This document shows, piece by piece, positions 40,503 to 48,923 of a DNA stretch of 64,000 bases. Both the position numbers and the translations under genes were made by a program. Source of the stretch: an uncultured delta proteobacterium (GTDB taxonomy: Bacteria; Myxococcota_A; Polyangia; Haliangiales; Haliangiaceae); the NCBI GenBank assembly GCA_963848295.1, contig CAWKDB010000004.1, positions 32,001 through 96,000 of the forward strand, written 5' to 3'. A model generated the notes under the pieces. The model had not been told where the DNA came from and ran no database searches. It worked only from the letters and a program-made list of their open reading frames with translations. Position 1 is the first letter of the stretch, and each line of letters opens with the position of its first letter.

Positions 40503-41396
40503 TCAGTATCCATACTTGTTCGGGATGTCGAACGCGGCGGTGATCGTATAGGTCTGGGCGTGGACCGGGTCGCCGGCCACGTTGAACGAAACGCCGGCGG
40601 CGATGCGCGTGCCGCGATCGATCGGGCTCTTGAACGGACCCAAGAAGATTTCTGGCGCGATGAACAACGCCTCGGCGGGTGTCTTCGTCGCGCCCGGAGG
40701 GAGCGCGATCGAGCCATCGAGGTAGGTCGTGCTGTTCAGCTCGACGCTCGCGTAGACCGGAAAGCTCGAATGGATCGGCGTGAGGAGGACCGAGGCATAT
40801 GCCGTCTCGAGCAGCTGTCTCGCAGACGCCCCGTGAACGAGCGGTATCAACGCTGTGACGTTGCCCTCGAACACGAGCCGGTGGAAGAAGCGCTGAGCGG
40901 CATACGCGAACGGACCGACGAAGTAGTCGCCCGCGCTGATGTCGCCATGACCGGTCGGGAAGGTTCCCATCATCCCGATCGACAGCATGTCGTCGTGCTC
41001 CAACGAGCCCGACGCCAGGTACTGGAGCAGGAGTTGAGCGTCGCCGAAGCCCGTTGGCTGCTGATCGATGCCGATCTGGAACGGCACTGCCGCCACGATG
41101 CCGAGGTGCGGCGACAGGATCAACCCGAGCTCGGCCGATGGCACGTCGGCGCTGCCCTGGTTCCCGCGGGAGTACGCGTCGAAGATCTGGGCCTGTTGCT
41201 CCAGTTGTGGCGGCGCGCCGACGATCGGGAACGGAAAGAAAAGCTGCTCCCAGGTCGTCGGCTCCGGCTCTCCATCGTCGGCCCGCGTCGTTGACGACCA
41301 GGCGATCGCCGCCAGCAAACCGACCGCGGTGCCCAGGATCCTCGGCGTCTGGCCTTGGCCGAGCGAACAAGGGAACGACCTGCGATGCGGATTCAT
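40503..41396 (-). CDS. Hypothetical exported protein, possible outer-membrane beta-barrel
   Basis: Signal-like segment, GFGDAQL, FPTG, alternating aromatic/hydrophobic strands. Confidence 0.6.
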   Translation of the reverse strand: MNPHRRSFPCSLGQGQTPRILGTAVGLLAAIAWSSTTRADDGEPEPTTWEQLFFPFPIVGAPPQLEQQAQIFDAYSRGNQGSADVPSAELGLILSPHLGIVAAVPFQIGIDQQPTGFGDAQLLLQYLASGSLEHDDMLSIGMMGTFPTGHGDISAGDYFVGPFAYAAQRFFHRLVFEGNVTALIPLVHGASARQLLETAYASVLLTPIHSSFPVYASVELNSTTYLDGSIALPPGATKTPAEALFIAPEIFLGPFKSPIDRGTRIAAGVSFNVAGDPVHAQTYTITAAFDIPNKYGY

Positions 41397-41443
41397 CTGA
41401 AACACTAGCCTTCGTTTACGGTAGCCGTCTATGGTTACCATAA

Positions 41444-41800
41444 ATGCTGGCAGCGGCCGACCGCGAGATCCGTCTTGGCATCTGGAAGATCCACATCCTT
41501 CATCACGCGGCGTCGCGCGAGGTGTGGGGCTTGTGGTTGCTCGAAGAGCTAGCGGAGCACGGCCACGAGCTCAGCCCGGGCACGCTGTATCCGGCGTTGG
41601 CGCGGATGGAGACGAATGGCTGGCTGCGCCGGCGCAAGACGAGCTCGCATCCGCGCGCGCGACAGGTCTATCGGATCACGCCGGCGGGCCGCGCGTTGCT
41701 GAAGACGCTGAAGCACGAGGTGGCCGAGCTCTATCGAGAGGTCGTGCTCGGCGAGGAGCCGGACCACGACGACGATCACCGCGCTGGTAACCGACGATGA
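41444..41800 (+). CDS. PadR family transcriptional regulator
   Basis: LSPGTLYPALARME..GWL..RQVYRITPAG. Confidence 0.92.
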   Translation: MLAAADREIRLGIWKIHILHHAASREVWGLWLLEELAEHGHELSPGTLYPALARMETNGWLRRRKTSSHPRARQVYRITPAGRALLKTLKHEVAELYREVVLGEEPDHDDDHRAGNRR

Positions 41801-42285
41801 CCCGGCCGGAGTGGATCGATCGCGTCCTCGGATCGCGCGCGCCGCGCGCCATCGCGCTCGTCCGGGCGGCGATCGGGTTCGTGTTTGTAACGGAGGGCAT
41901 CCTGAAGTTTCTCGACCCCGCCGCGTTTGGCGCGGGCCGATTCGCGAGGATCGGGATCCCGGCACCGGAGGTGATGGGGTCGTTCGTCGGCGTGGTCGAG
42001 ATCGCGGGGGGCGTCCTCGTCTCGCTCGGTCTGCTCACGCGACCTGCGGCGTTCGCGCTCGTGATCGACATGCTCGTCGCGATCGCGTCGACGAAGATAC
42101 CGATCCTGCTCGGCCAAGGGTTCCTCGGGTTCGCCGGTCCATCGGGAGCCTCTGGCTTCTGGCCGATGGCGCACGAGGCTCGGCTCGATCTCGCGATGCT
42201 GTTCGGGTGCGCGTGCCTGGTCGTGATCGGCGCCGGCCCGCTCTCATTCGACGCCCGGCTGTCCCGCCCGAGCGTCCGCCCCTAG
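41797..42285 (+). CDS. DoxX family membrane protein
   Basis: R..IG.VF..EGILKF, VEIAGG..LGLLTR, GAGPLSFD. Confidence 0.9.
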   Translation: MTRPEWIDRVLGSRAPRAIALVRAAIGFVFVTEGILKFLDPAAFGAGRFARIGIPAPEVMGSFVGVVEIAGGVLVSLGLLTRPAAFALVIDMLVAIASTKIPILLGQGFLGFAGPSGASGFWPMAHEARLDLAMLFGCACLVVIGAGPLSFDARLSRPSVRP

Positions 42286-42509
42286 TCAGTACCGCTCGCG
42301 CTTTCAACGTCGCCGCGCTCGTGCTGCCGGGAGGGCCGACGCGACCGAGCTCGCGCAGCATCACGTGCAGCTCTTGCAGCCGGGCGATTTCATCCCGGAC
42401 ACCGAGATGCCTACCATGTCGGCGGCTTCTCTCGCGGCTCGGCCCTAGGCTGGCGGTGGTGTCGATCGCCGGTGCCGCCGCGAATGCGCGCGACAGGGAT
42501 CGCTCGCCC

Positions 42510-42647
42510 GGCTACCGCCTCATGGTCGGCGGCGACGCGGCGATCGTCGAGCGCATCGACCCGATCTTGCGGACGCTGGCACCGGGCGTCGCCGCCGCAC
42601 CGCGAACGCCCGGTCGCGACGGCGCCGAGACGACCGCCGAGCGCGGG
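42510..42647 (+). pseudogene. gnd: Internal fragment of decarboxylating 6-phosphogluconate dehydrogenase
   Basis: GYRLMVGGDAAIVERIDPILRTLAPG..RTPGRDG..TAERG matches the short-type Gnd internal segment; both flanks missing. Confidence 0.65.
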
Positions 42648-42829
42648 TTATGTCTGTCGATGGACGGAACGGCGGCCAAGGCTATCGCCGAACAATTGAA
42701 GAACGCCGAGATAACAGCTTGATCATCGCTGATGGCGACGTAGCCGAATGACTGTTCGGTCGAATTCGTGTCACGGCAATGTTTCAAATGCTTTCATTGA
42801 CTTGAGATGGCTACGATCGTATGGATGTG

Positions 42830-42849
42830 CCGAATGAACGTTCATTCCG
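42830..42849. promoter_or_regulatory. TetR operator (perfect 16-bp palindrome GAATGAACGTTCATTC)
   Basis: CCGAATGAACGTTCATTCCG overlaps the tetR ATG; TTGACT-17-TATGGA lies upstream (42797-42825). Confidence 0.85.
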
Positions 42850-43499
42850 GAAAGCGCCGAGCGACCGCCACCGCCGCCGAGACCCGCGGTCGCCAGGCGC
42901 ACGACGCCAAGCGCCGAGTTGTGCTGACCGCGGCGCTCGAGGCGTTCGCCGAACGCGGTTACTACGGAACGACCGTGCCCGACGTAGCAGCTGCTGCAGG
43001 CGTGGCGATCGGGACGCTCTATCACTACTTCGCGACCAAGGAGCGGCTCGTCAACGAGGTGTTCCGCGACGCCAAGCTCCGCATGCGCAGCGCACTGCTC
43101 GACGGCATCGCCGAGCCGGTGCTCGACAAACCGCAGGCGGTCGAGGCGTGGTTCTTCGAGATGTGGGGGCGGCTCGCCAGGTTCGTGCGCGCCGAGCCCG
43201 CCACGTTCCGGTTCCTCGAGATGCACGAGCACGTCGCGTACCTCGATCTCGAGAGCCGGCAGCACGAGCTCGCCACGGTCACGCCGATCTTCGCGGTGGT
43301 CCAGCGCGTCGCAGACCGCTCCGGCGGCGCGCGCGCCGACCTCATGGTCGCGCTGTCGTATGGCGCGTTCGTCGGGTTGTTCAGGGCCAGCCGGCACGGC
43401 TACGTGACACTCGACGACGCCAGCCTCACCGCCGCGGGCGCGATCGCGTGGCGGATGCTCGCGCCCGAGGCACTGCGCGCACTGGGAGAGCCGGAGTGA
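42834..43499 (+). CDS. TetR family regulator, Bm3R1/FatR-like
   Basis: FAERGYYGTTVPDVA..AGVAIGTLYHYFATKERLVNEVF; C-terminal F..H...YL..ES and GAF..L pattern. Confidence 0.9.
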   Translation: MNVHSGKRRATATAAETRGRQAHDAKRRVVLTAALEAFAERGYYGTTVPDVAAAAGVAIGTLYHYFATKERLVNEVFRDAKLRMRSALLDGIAEPVLDKPQAVEAWFFEMWGRLARFVRAEPATFRFLEMHEHVAYLDLESRQHELATVTPIFAVVQRVADRSGGARADLMVALSYGAFVGLFRASRHGYVTLDDASLTAAGAIAWRMLAPEALRALGEPE

Positions 43500-44473
43500 C
43501 CGCCGCGACGCGCACCGGGCTGCTCCGCCATGCCGCCGATCGCCGCGCGGTCGGGCTCGCGCTCGCGCACGTCGCGCTGGTCGCCGCGACGCTCGCCGCG
43601 TATCGCGCGGGCTACCCACGCTGGCTGTTCGCCGCGGTCACGTTCCCGGTGCTGTCGGTATCGTCGTTCGTCCAGCTGATCTCGGTGCACAACGCGATGC
43701 ACTCGCCGGTGTTCGCGAAGAAGGCGCACAACCGGCTGTGGCAGTGCGCGTTGTCGATCTGTATCGGCTACCCGGTGAGCATCTACGTGCCGGTCCACAA
43801 CCTCAGCCACCACCTCGGGCTGCAGACCCCGCGCGACGTGCTGCGAACGACCGAGGTGCGCCACCGCTGGAACCTCGCAAATCTCGTCCACCACATGGCG
43901 ATGGGCACGCTCCACCTCCACCTGTTGCACTTCGCGTATCTCGCCGAGATGCGCAAGTCGCGGCCGAAGTGGCTCGGCCAGGCGGGCTGGGAGGCGCTCG
44001 CGGTCGCGCTCTATCTGACCGCGTGCGCGCTCGTCGTCGGGCCGCTCGCGATGCTGGTCCTCGTGTTCGTGCCGGCGATCGCGGGGCAGTGGTTGATGGT
44101 CGGCTTCGGCTACGTCCAGCACGACGGCTGCGATCACGACAGCGAGTACAACCACTCGCGCAATTTTCTGTCGCCACTTTTGAACTGGGTGATCTGCGAC
44201 AACGGCTATCACACCGCTCATCACAATCGGCCGGGCTTGCACTGGAGCCTCGGGCGAGCGGCGCATCGCGAGCGCGTCGTGCCTCACATGGATCCGGCGC
44301 TCGACGAGCCGTCGCTCGTCCTCTACATGTGGCGCACGTTCGTGTGGCCTGGCAAGCGCCTGCACTACGACGGCACGCGGGTCGTGCTTCCGGCGCAGCG
44401 CGCGCGGCGCGAGCTGTGGACGCCGCCGAGCGCGATCTCGACCGGCGCTTCGAGCGGCGCAGTGGACGGCTGA
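43496..44473 (+). CDS. Membrane fatty acid desaturase family protein
   Basis: His boxes HNAMH, HNLSHH, HTAHH; TM segments. Confidence 0.92.
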   Translation: MTAATRTGLLRHAADRRAVGLALAHVALVAATLAAYRAGYPRWLFAAVTFPVLSVSSFVQLISVHNAMHSPVFAKKAHNRLWQCALSICIGYPVSIYVPVHNLSHHLGLQTPRDVLRTTEVRHRWNLANLVHHMAMGTLHLHLLHFAYLAEMRKSRPKWLGQAGWEALAVALYLTACALVVGPLAMLVLVFVPAIAGQWLMVGFGYVQHDGCDHDSEYNHSRNFLSPLLNWVICDNGYHTAHHNRPGLHWSLGRAAHRERVVPHMDPALDEPSLVLYMWRTFVWPGKRLHYDGTRVVLPAQRARRELWTPPSAISTGASSGAVDG

Positions 44474-45768
44474 TGCGGACCTCGACGTCGATCGCGATCC
44501 TCGGCGCGGGTGCCTCGGGCCTCACGCTCGCACGCCGGCTCGCCGACCTCGGGTTCACGCGCGTCGTCCTGTTCGAACGCGCCGCCGAGGTCGGTGGCAA
44601 GTCGTGCACGGTCGACCTCGATGGCCGGCCTCACGATCTCGGCGCGACGATGGGTGTGCCGATCGACTATCGCGAGGTCGTCGAGCTTTCGACCGAGGCG
44701 AAGCTGGCGACCGCGCGGTTTCCGACCGAGCTGCACTTCGATCAGCGCGGCCGCGTGGTGCCGCCCGGGCCGCGTCGCGACCTGCCGCAGGTGCTCGCGC
44801 AGACTGCGAAGTACGTCGCGCTTCATCGCCGGACGTTCCGCGGCGAGCTGCACGAAGCCGATCGCGAGCTCGCCGAGCCGTGGAGTGACGTCGTCGCGCG
44901 CCACGGGCTCGAGCACGCGAGTCGCCGCATGCTGTGCTACCGCACCGGCTATGGCTATGGCTTCGACGACGAGGTCCCGGCCGCAATGTACGCGAGCTTG
45001 ATCCAGCCGCGCACGCTGCTCGGGCTCGCGACCGGTGCGCCATTCGTGTGGCAGGGTGGTACCCAGCCGATCTGGAAGGCGCTCGCCGCGAGGATCGCGT
45101 CGCGGGTCGAGATCCGCCGCGCGACTCCGGTCACGCGGATCTCGCGCGACGGCCATGGCGTGCGCGTGTGGACCGGCGCGCGCGTCGAGCCCTTCGATCG
45201 CCTCGTCATCACGTGCGATCCGAAGCACGCGCTCGGCGTGCTCGACGCGAACGCGACCGAGCAGCGCTGGTTCTCGCAGGTGCGCACGTACCCGTACGCG
45301 ACGTTCGCGTGCGAGGTCGAAGGCCTGAGCGAGGGCCGCGCGTCGGTCGGCTATCTCGACGCGAACATGCGGCGCGATCGCATGGGCCGGCCGATGGCGT
45401 GGGTCAAGCGCTACGCCGACCAAGACGTCTTCGTGTTTCACCTGTTCGCGCCCGACGCGATGCCGGATGCCGAGATCGCGCGGCGGATCGCGGGCGATGT
45501 CGCGCGCCTCGGCGGCCGGTTCGTCGCCATTCGCGCGTCGCGCCGCTGGTCGTTCTTTCCGCACTTCTCGTGCGACGCGGTGCGTGGCGGCGCGCTCACC
45601 GAGATCGATCGCTGGCAGGGTGAGCGGCGCACGTATCTCGCCGGCGAGGCCCTGTCGTTCGCGACGATGGCCCGCGTGGTCGAGCTCGCGACGAAGCTCG
45701 CGCATCGCATCGCGCGCGAGCGCGAAGGCGTGTCGACCGTCGTGCCCGCGGCGCAGGTGGCGTCATGA
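44473..45768 (+). CDS. FAD-dependent enzyme, polyunsaturated fatty acid isomerase (PAI)-like
   Basis: GAGASG, VGGK, GATMGVP, GYG...VPAA, W..GTQ, NMR.DRMG, WSFFPH, QG.R.TY.AGE.LSF. Confidence 0.85.
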   Translation: MRTSTSIAILGAGASGLTLARRLADLGFTRVVLFERAAEVGGKSCTVDLDGRPHDLGATMGVPIDYREVVELSTEAKLATARFPTELHFDQRGRVVPPGPRRDLPQVLAQTAKYVALHRRTFRGELHEADRELAEPWSDVVARHGLEHASRRMLCYRTGYGYGFDDEVPAAMYASLIQPRTLLGLATGAPFVWQGGTQPIWKALAARIASRVEIRRATPVTRISRDGHGVRVWTGARVEPFDRLVITCDPKHALGVLDANATEQRWFSQVRTYPYATFACEVEGLSEGRASVGYLDANMRRDRMGRPMAWVKRYADQDVFVFHLFAPDAMPDAEIARRIAGDVARLGGRFVAIRASRRWSFFPHFSCDAVRGGALTEIDRWQGERRTYLAGEALSFATMARVVELATKLAHRIAREREGVSTVVPAAQVAS

Positions 45769-46997
45769 GCGAGGCCACTGCGACCCCGACGTTCACGCTG
45801 GCGGAAGTGCGCGAGCGCGGGCTGGTCGTCGTCGGCGACGACGTCTACGACATCACCAAGTTCGCCGCGAAACACCCCGGCGGCCCCGAGATCACGCAGC
45901 TGTGCGGCAGCGACGCGACGTTCCCGCTGATCAACGCACACGGCATCCGCGGCGAGTTGCCCAAGCTGCCCAAGAAGCTGCGCATCGGCACGATCGACCA
46001 CGCGACGCTCAAGCCCGCCGATCGCGACCTCCGCGCGATGTGGGCCGACTTCCGCGAGCGCGGGCTGTTCCGCTACAAGCCGTGGTGGTTCGCGCTCGAC
46101 CTCGTGCGCGGGCTCGGCTTCTTCCTGCTCGGCTGGCTCGTCATGGATCGCTCGCCGGTCGCGGCGTTCTTCGCGCTGCTCGTCGCGCGGCTCAACGTGA
46201 TGTGGTGGGTCCACGACGCCTGTCACGACTCGGTGTTCACCGATCGCAAGGTCGCGAAGCGCTGGGCGGAGTTCATGTCGCTGCTGTTCGTCGGCACGTC
46301 GGTGCTCGAGTACCAGTACGTGGTGCATCGCATGCACCACGGGTTTACGAACACGATCGGCGCCGATCAGGCGATCCAGACCGGCCCGGTCGTGTGGCAC
46401 GAGATGATGCGCGCGCGCACGAGCGACACGTTCGTGCCGGTGCAATCGATCTTCTGGTTCGCGGTCGTGCTGCCGCTGACGCTGCCGTACTTCATCTACA
46501 TCGGGTTTCGCCACTCGATCCGCGAGCGCGCCTACTGGACGATGCTCGGCGTCGTCGTGCGCTGGGGGATCGCGCTGTGGGTGTTCGACGATCACCTCGT
46601 GATGTTTCTCGGCTCGAGCATCTTGGCGGCGTACATCCTCGGGCTGACCGCGAGCCTCAACCACTTTCACCGGCCGATGTCGTCGCAGACCGACTGGAGC
46701 TTCGCGCGCTCGGTCACCTGCGTGACCCAGAACTTCGGCGGGCGCAACCGGGTCACGGGCTGGCTCGTCGGTGGCTTGTCGTTTCATATCGAGCATCACT
46801 TCTTCGCGACGATGCCACGCCGCAACTACCGCAAGATCGCGGCCGAGATCCGCGCGTACTGCGAGCGCCATCACCTCGCCTACGAGACCGTCTCGCTCGG
46901 CCACGCGGTCGCCACGCTGTGGCGCAAGCTCCGCCATCCGTACGACAACAACGTGCCGCCGAGCCGGCCGAGCATGGAGCTCCGCCGTGGCGGCTAG
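45765..46997 (+). CDS. Cytochrome b5-fused fatty acid desaturase
   Basis: VYDIT.F..KHPGG b5 domain; HDACH, HRMHH, HIEHH. Confidence 0.92.
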   Translation: MSEATATPTFTLAEVRERGLVVVGDDVYDITKFAAKHPGGPEITQLCGSDATFPLINAHGIRGELPKLPKKLRIGTIDHATLKPADRDLRAMWADFRERGLFRYKPWWFALDLVRGLGFFLLGWLVMDRSPVAAFFALLVARLNVMWWVHDACHDSVFTDRKVAKRWAEFMSLLFVGTSVLEYQYVVHRMHHGFTNTIGADQAIQTGPVVWHEMMRARTSDTFVPVQSIFWFAVVLPLTLPYFIYIGFRHSIRERAYWTMLGVVVRWGIALWVFDDHLVMFLGSSILAAYILGLTASLNHFHRPMSSQTDWSFARSVTCVTQNFGGRNRVTGWLVGGLSFHIEHHFFATMPRRNYRKIAAEIRAYCERHHLAYETVSLGHAVATLWRKLRHPYDNNVPPSRPSMELRRGG

Positions 46998-47745
46998 GCG
47001 CGGCCCGAATCGCGCCGACCTCGCACCGGCGCTCGTGATCACCGGGGGCGTCGCGCTCGCGTTGGTTCCGTTCGCGATCGCGCTTCCCGCGGCGGTGCTC
47101 GCCCCCGTGTGGCTGGCCTCGTTCGTCGCGCGCAGCATCGCACCCGTGCACCAGCACTGCCACGCGCACGCGAAGGTCTTCCGGAGCGCGGTGCTCGATG
47201 CGACGTACGACACGATCCTCATGCTCGCGGCCGGCAACACGACCGCGGTATGGGAGCTCCAGCACGTGCGCGGTCATCACCGCACGTACCTCGGCCGGGT
47301 CGGCGATCCCGCGAATAACGATCGGTTCGGCGGCGGTCGCGTGCGGTTCACGGTCCTCGGCGATGCGGCGTCGATCGCTGACTCGCTCCGCATCGCGCGG
47401 GGCGATCACAGCGCGCGCCGGCGCCTCGTCGCTCAGCTCGCGCTCCAGCTCGCCGTGATCGTGGCGCTCGCGATCGTCCACCCCGGTCTCGCGCTCGCGT
47501 TCTTCCTGGTGCCGTGGCTGCTCCTCCGCTGGGCCGTCTTCTGGTTCAGCTTCGCGCAACACGATTCCGTGCCCATGCACGACGTCTACAGCGGATCGGT
47601 GACTCGGTTTGGCTGGACCAACCGCATGTACCTGAACGTCGGCCATCACACCGCGCATCACGAGAAGCCGACGCTGCACTGGACGCAGCTGCCGGCGCGC
47701 ACCGACAAGATCGTGGAAAGGATCCCGGCGTCGTGCTTGCGCTGA
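46987..47745 (+). CDS. Fatty acid desaturase family protein (compact)
   Basis: HQHCHAH, HVRGHH, QH, NVGHHTAHH; GTG start overlaps upstream gene. Confidence 0.88.
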   Translation: MAARRGPNRADLAPALVITGGVALALVPFAIALPAAVLAPVWLASFVARSIAPVHQHCHAHAKVFRSAVLDATYDTILMLAAGNTTAVWELQHVRGHHRTYLGRVGDPANNDRFGGGRVRFTVLGDAASIADSLRIARGDHSARRRLVAQLALQLAVIVALAIVHPGLALAFFLVPWLLLRWAVFWFSFAQHDSVPMHDVYSGSVTRFGWTNRMYLNVGHHTAHHEKPTLHWTQLPARTDKIVERIPASCLR

Positions 47746-48923
47746 CCATCCGACCGTTCGAGCGGCTTGCCGAGCACACGGTGCGCCGCGCGTTCGAGAC
47801 CGCCGACATCGCGGTCGGCGGATCGCGTCCGTGGGACGTGCGGGTCCGCGCTCCGAGCTTCTACACGCGGCTCGCGCGTAATCCCGCGTTCCAGCTCGGC
47901 GACACGTACCTCGACGACCTGTGGGAATGCGACGCGATCGACGAGCTGCTCTACCGGTTGCTCGCGTCGGGCGTCGCGCGCGATAGCGAACGGCGCGGCA
48001 CATTCCATCTGCGTTCCGCGTGGGCGCGCCTGCGCAACCGGCAGTCGGTCGCGCGCGCGACCGACGTCGCGACCGCCCACTACGACCTCGACACCGAGCT
48101 GTACCGCCGGATGCTCGACGATTCGCTCACGTACACCTGCGCGTACTTCCGGTCGCCGACCGACGAGCTCGGAGCCGCCCAGCGCAACAAGCTCGCGATG
48201 GTGTGCGACAAGCTCGCGCTCCAGCCTGGCGAGACCCTGCTCGACATCGGCTGCGGGTTCGGCGGGCTCGCCGCGTTCGCAGCGCGCAATTACGGCGTGC
48301 ACGTCGTCGGGGTCACCAACTCGGTGCAGCATCATCGCGTCGCACGCGAGCGCTATGCCGACCTGCCGATCGAGTTCTTGCTGCTCGACTATCGCGAGCT
48401 GCCCGGCCTGCACCGCCGGTTCGACAAGATCGCGTCGATCGAGATGATCGAGGCGGTCGGTCCGAAGAACTTCGCGACGTTCATGGCGATCGCGCACGAC
48501 TGCCTCGCGCCCGACGGCCGATTCCTGTTGCAGTCGTTCATCTCCCCGACGAGCCGGTATGTGTGCAACGAGTGGTTCGATCGCTACATCTTTCCCAACG
48601 GCGTCTCGCCCTCGTTCGCGCAGCTCGCGCGCGCGACCCGGCGCAACTTCGGTGCGCCGCAGCACGTCGAGGACCTCGGCGCGCACTATTCGCCGACGCT
48701 GCTCGCATGGGATCGCAACCTCCGCGGCGCGTGGACGGACCTCGAGGCCGCGCTCGGCCGGCGGTACGACGCTCGGTTCCGCCGGATGTGGCACTTCTAT
48801 CTGACGTGCCTGGCCGGCGCATTCCGTGCCGAGGATCTCCGGCTGTGCCAGACCGTCTATGCGAACGAGCCGGTCGGCGAGCTGGCTCGGCTCGAGCCAA
48901 ATGCGGCTACGCCGGTTGGGTAA
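47733..48923 (+). CDS. cfa: Cyclopropane-fatty-acyl-phospholipid synthase family SAM methyltransferase
   Basis: HYDL, YTCAYF, AQRNKL..CDKL, LLDIGCGFGG, EMIEAVG, YIFPNG, F.RMW.FYL. Confidence 0.9.
   Translation: MLALTIRPFERLAEHTVRRAFETADIAVGGSRPWDVRVRAPSFYTRLARNPAFQLGDTYLDDLWECDAIDELLYRLLASGVARDSERRGTFHLRSAWARLRNRQSVARATDVATAHYDLDTELYRRMLDDSLTYTCAYFRSPTDELGAAQRNKLAMVCDKLALQPGETLLDIGCGFGGLAAFAARNYGVHVVGVTNSVQHHRVARERYADLPIEFLLLDYRELPGLHRRFDKIASIEMIEAVGPKNFATFMAIAHDCLAPDGRFLLQSFISPTSRYVCNEWFDRYIFPNGVSPSFAQLARATRRNFGAPQHVEDLGAHYSPTLLAWDRNLRGAWTDLEAALGRRYDARFRRMWHFYLTCLAGAFRAEDLRLCQTVYANEPVGELARLEPNAATPVG

Noticed and set aside
38560..41370. 936-aa kinase ORF as a single protein
   Set aside because: The first third or so is an off-frame read of the 40503-41396 gene; the kinase plausibly starts near 40368.
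42320..42370. Possible chromate transporter relic (LPGGP / ATELA across a frameshift) after PadR-DoxX
   Set aside because: Too short and needs a frameshift; unsupported without BLASTx.
43496..48923. Canonical polyyne or furan-fatty-acid cluster assignment
   Set aside because: No ACP/FAAL/thioesterase (polyyne) and no DUF1365 (furan route); the product is left open.
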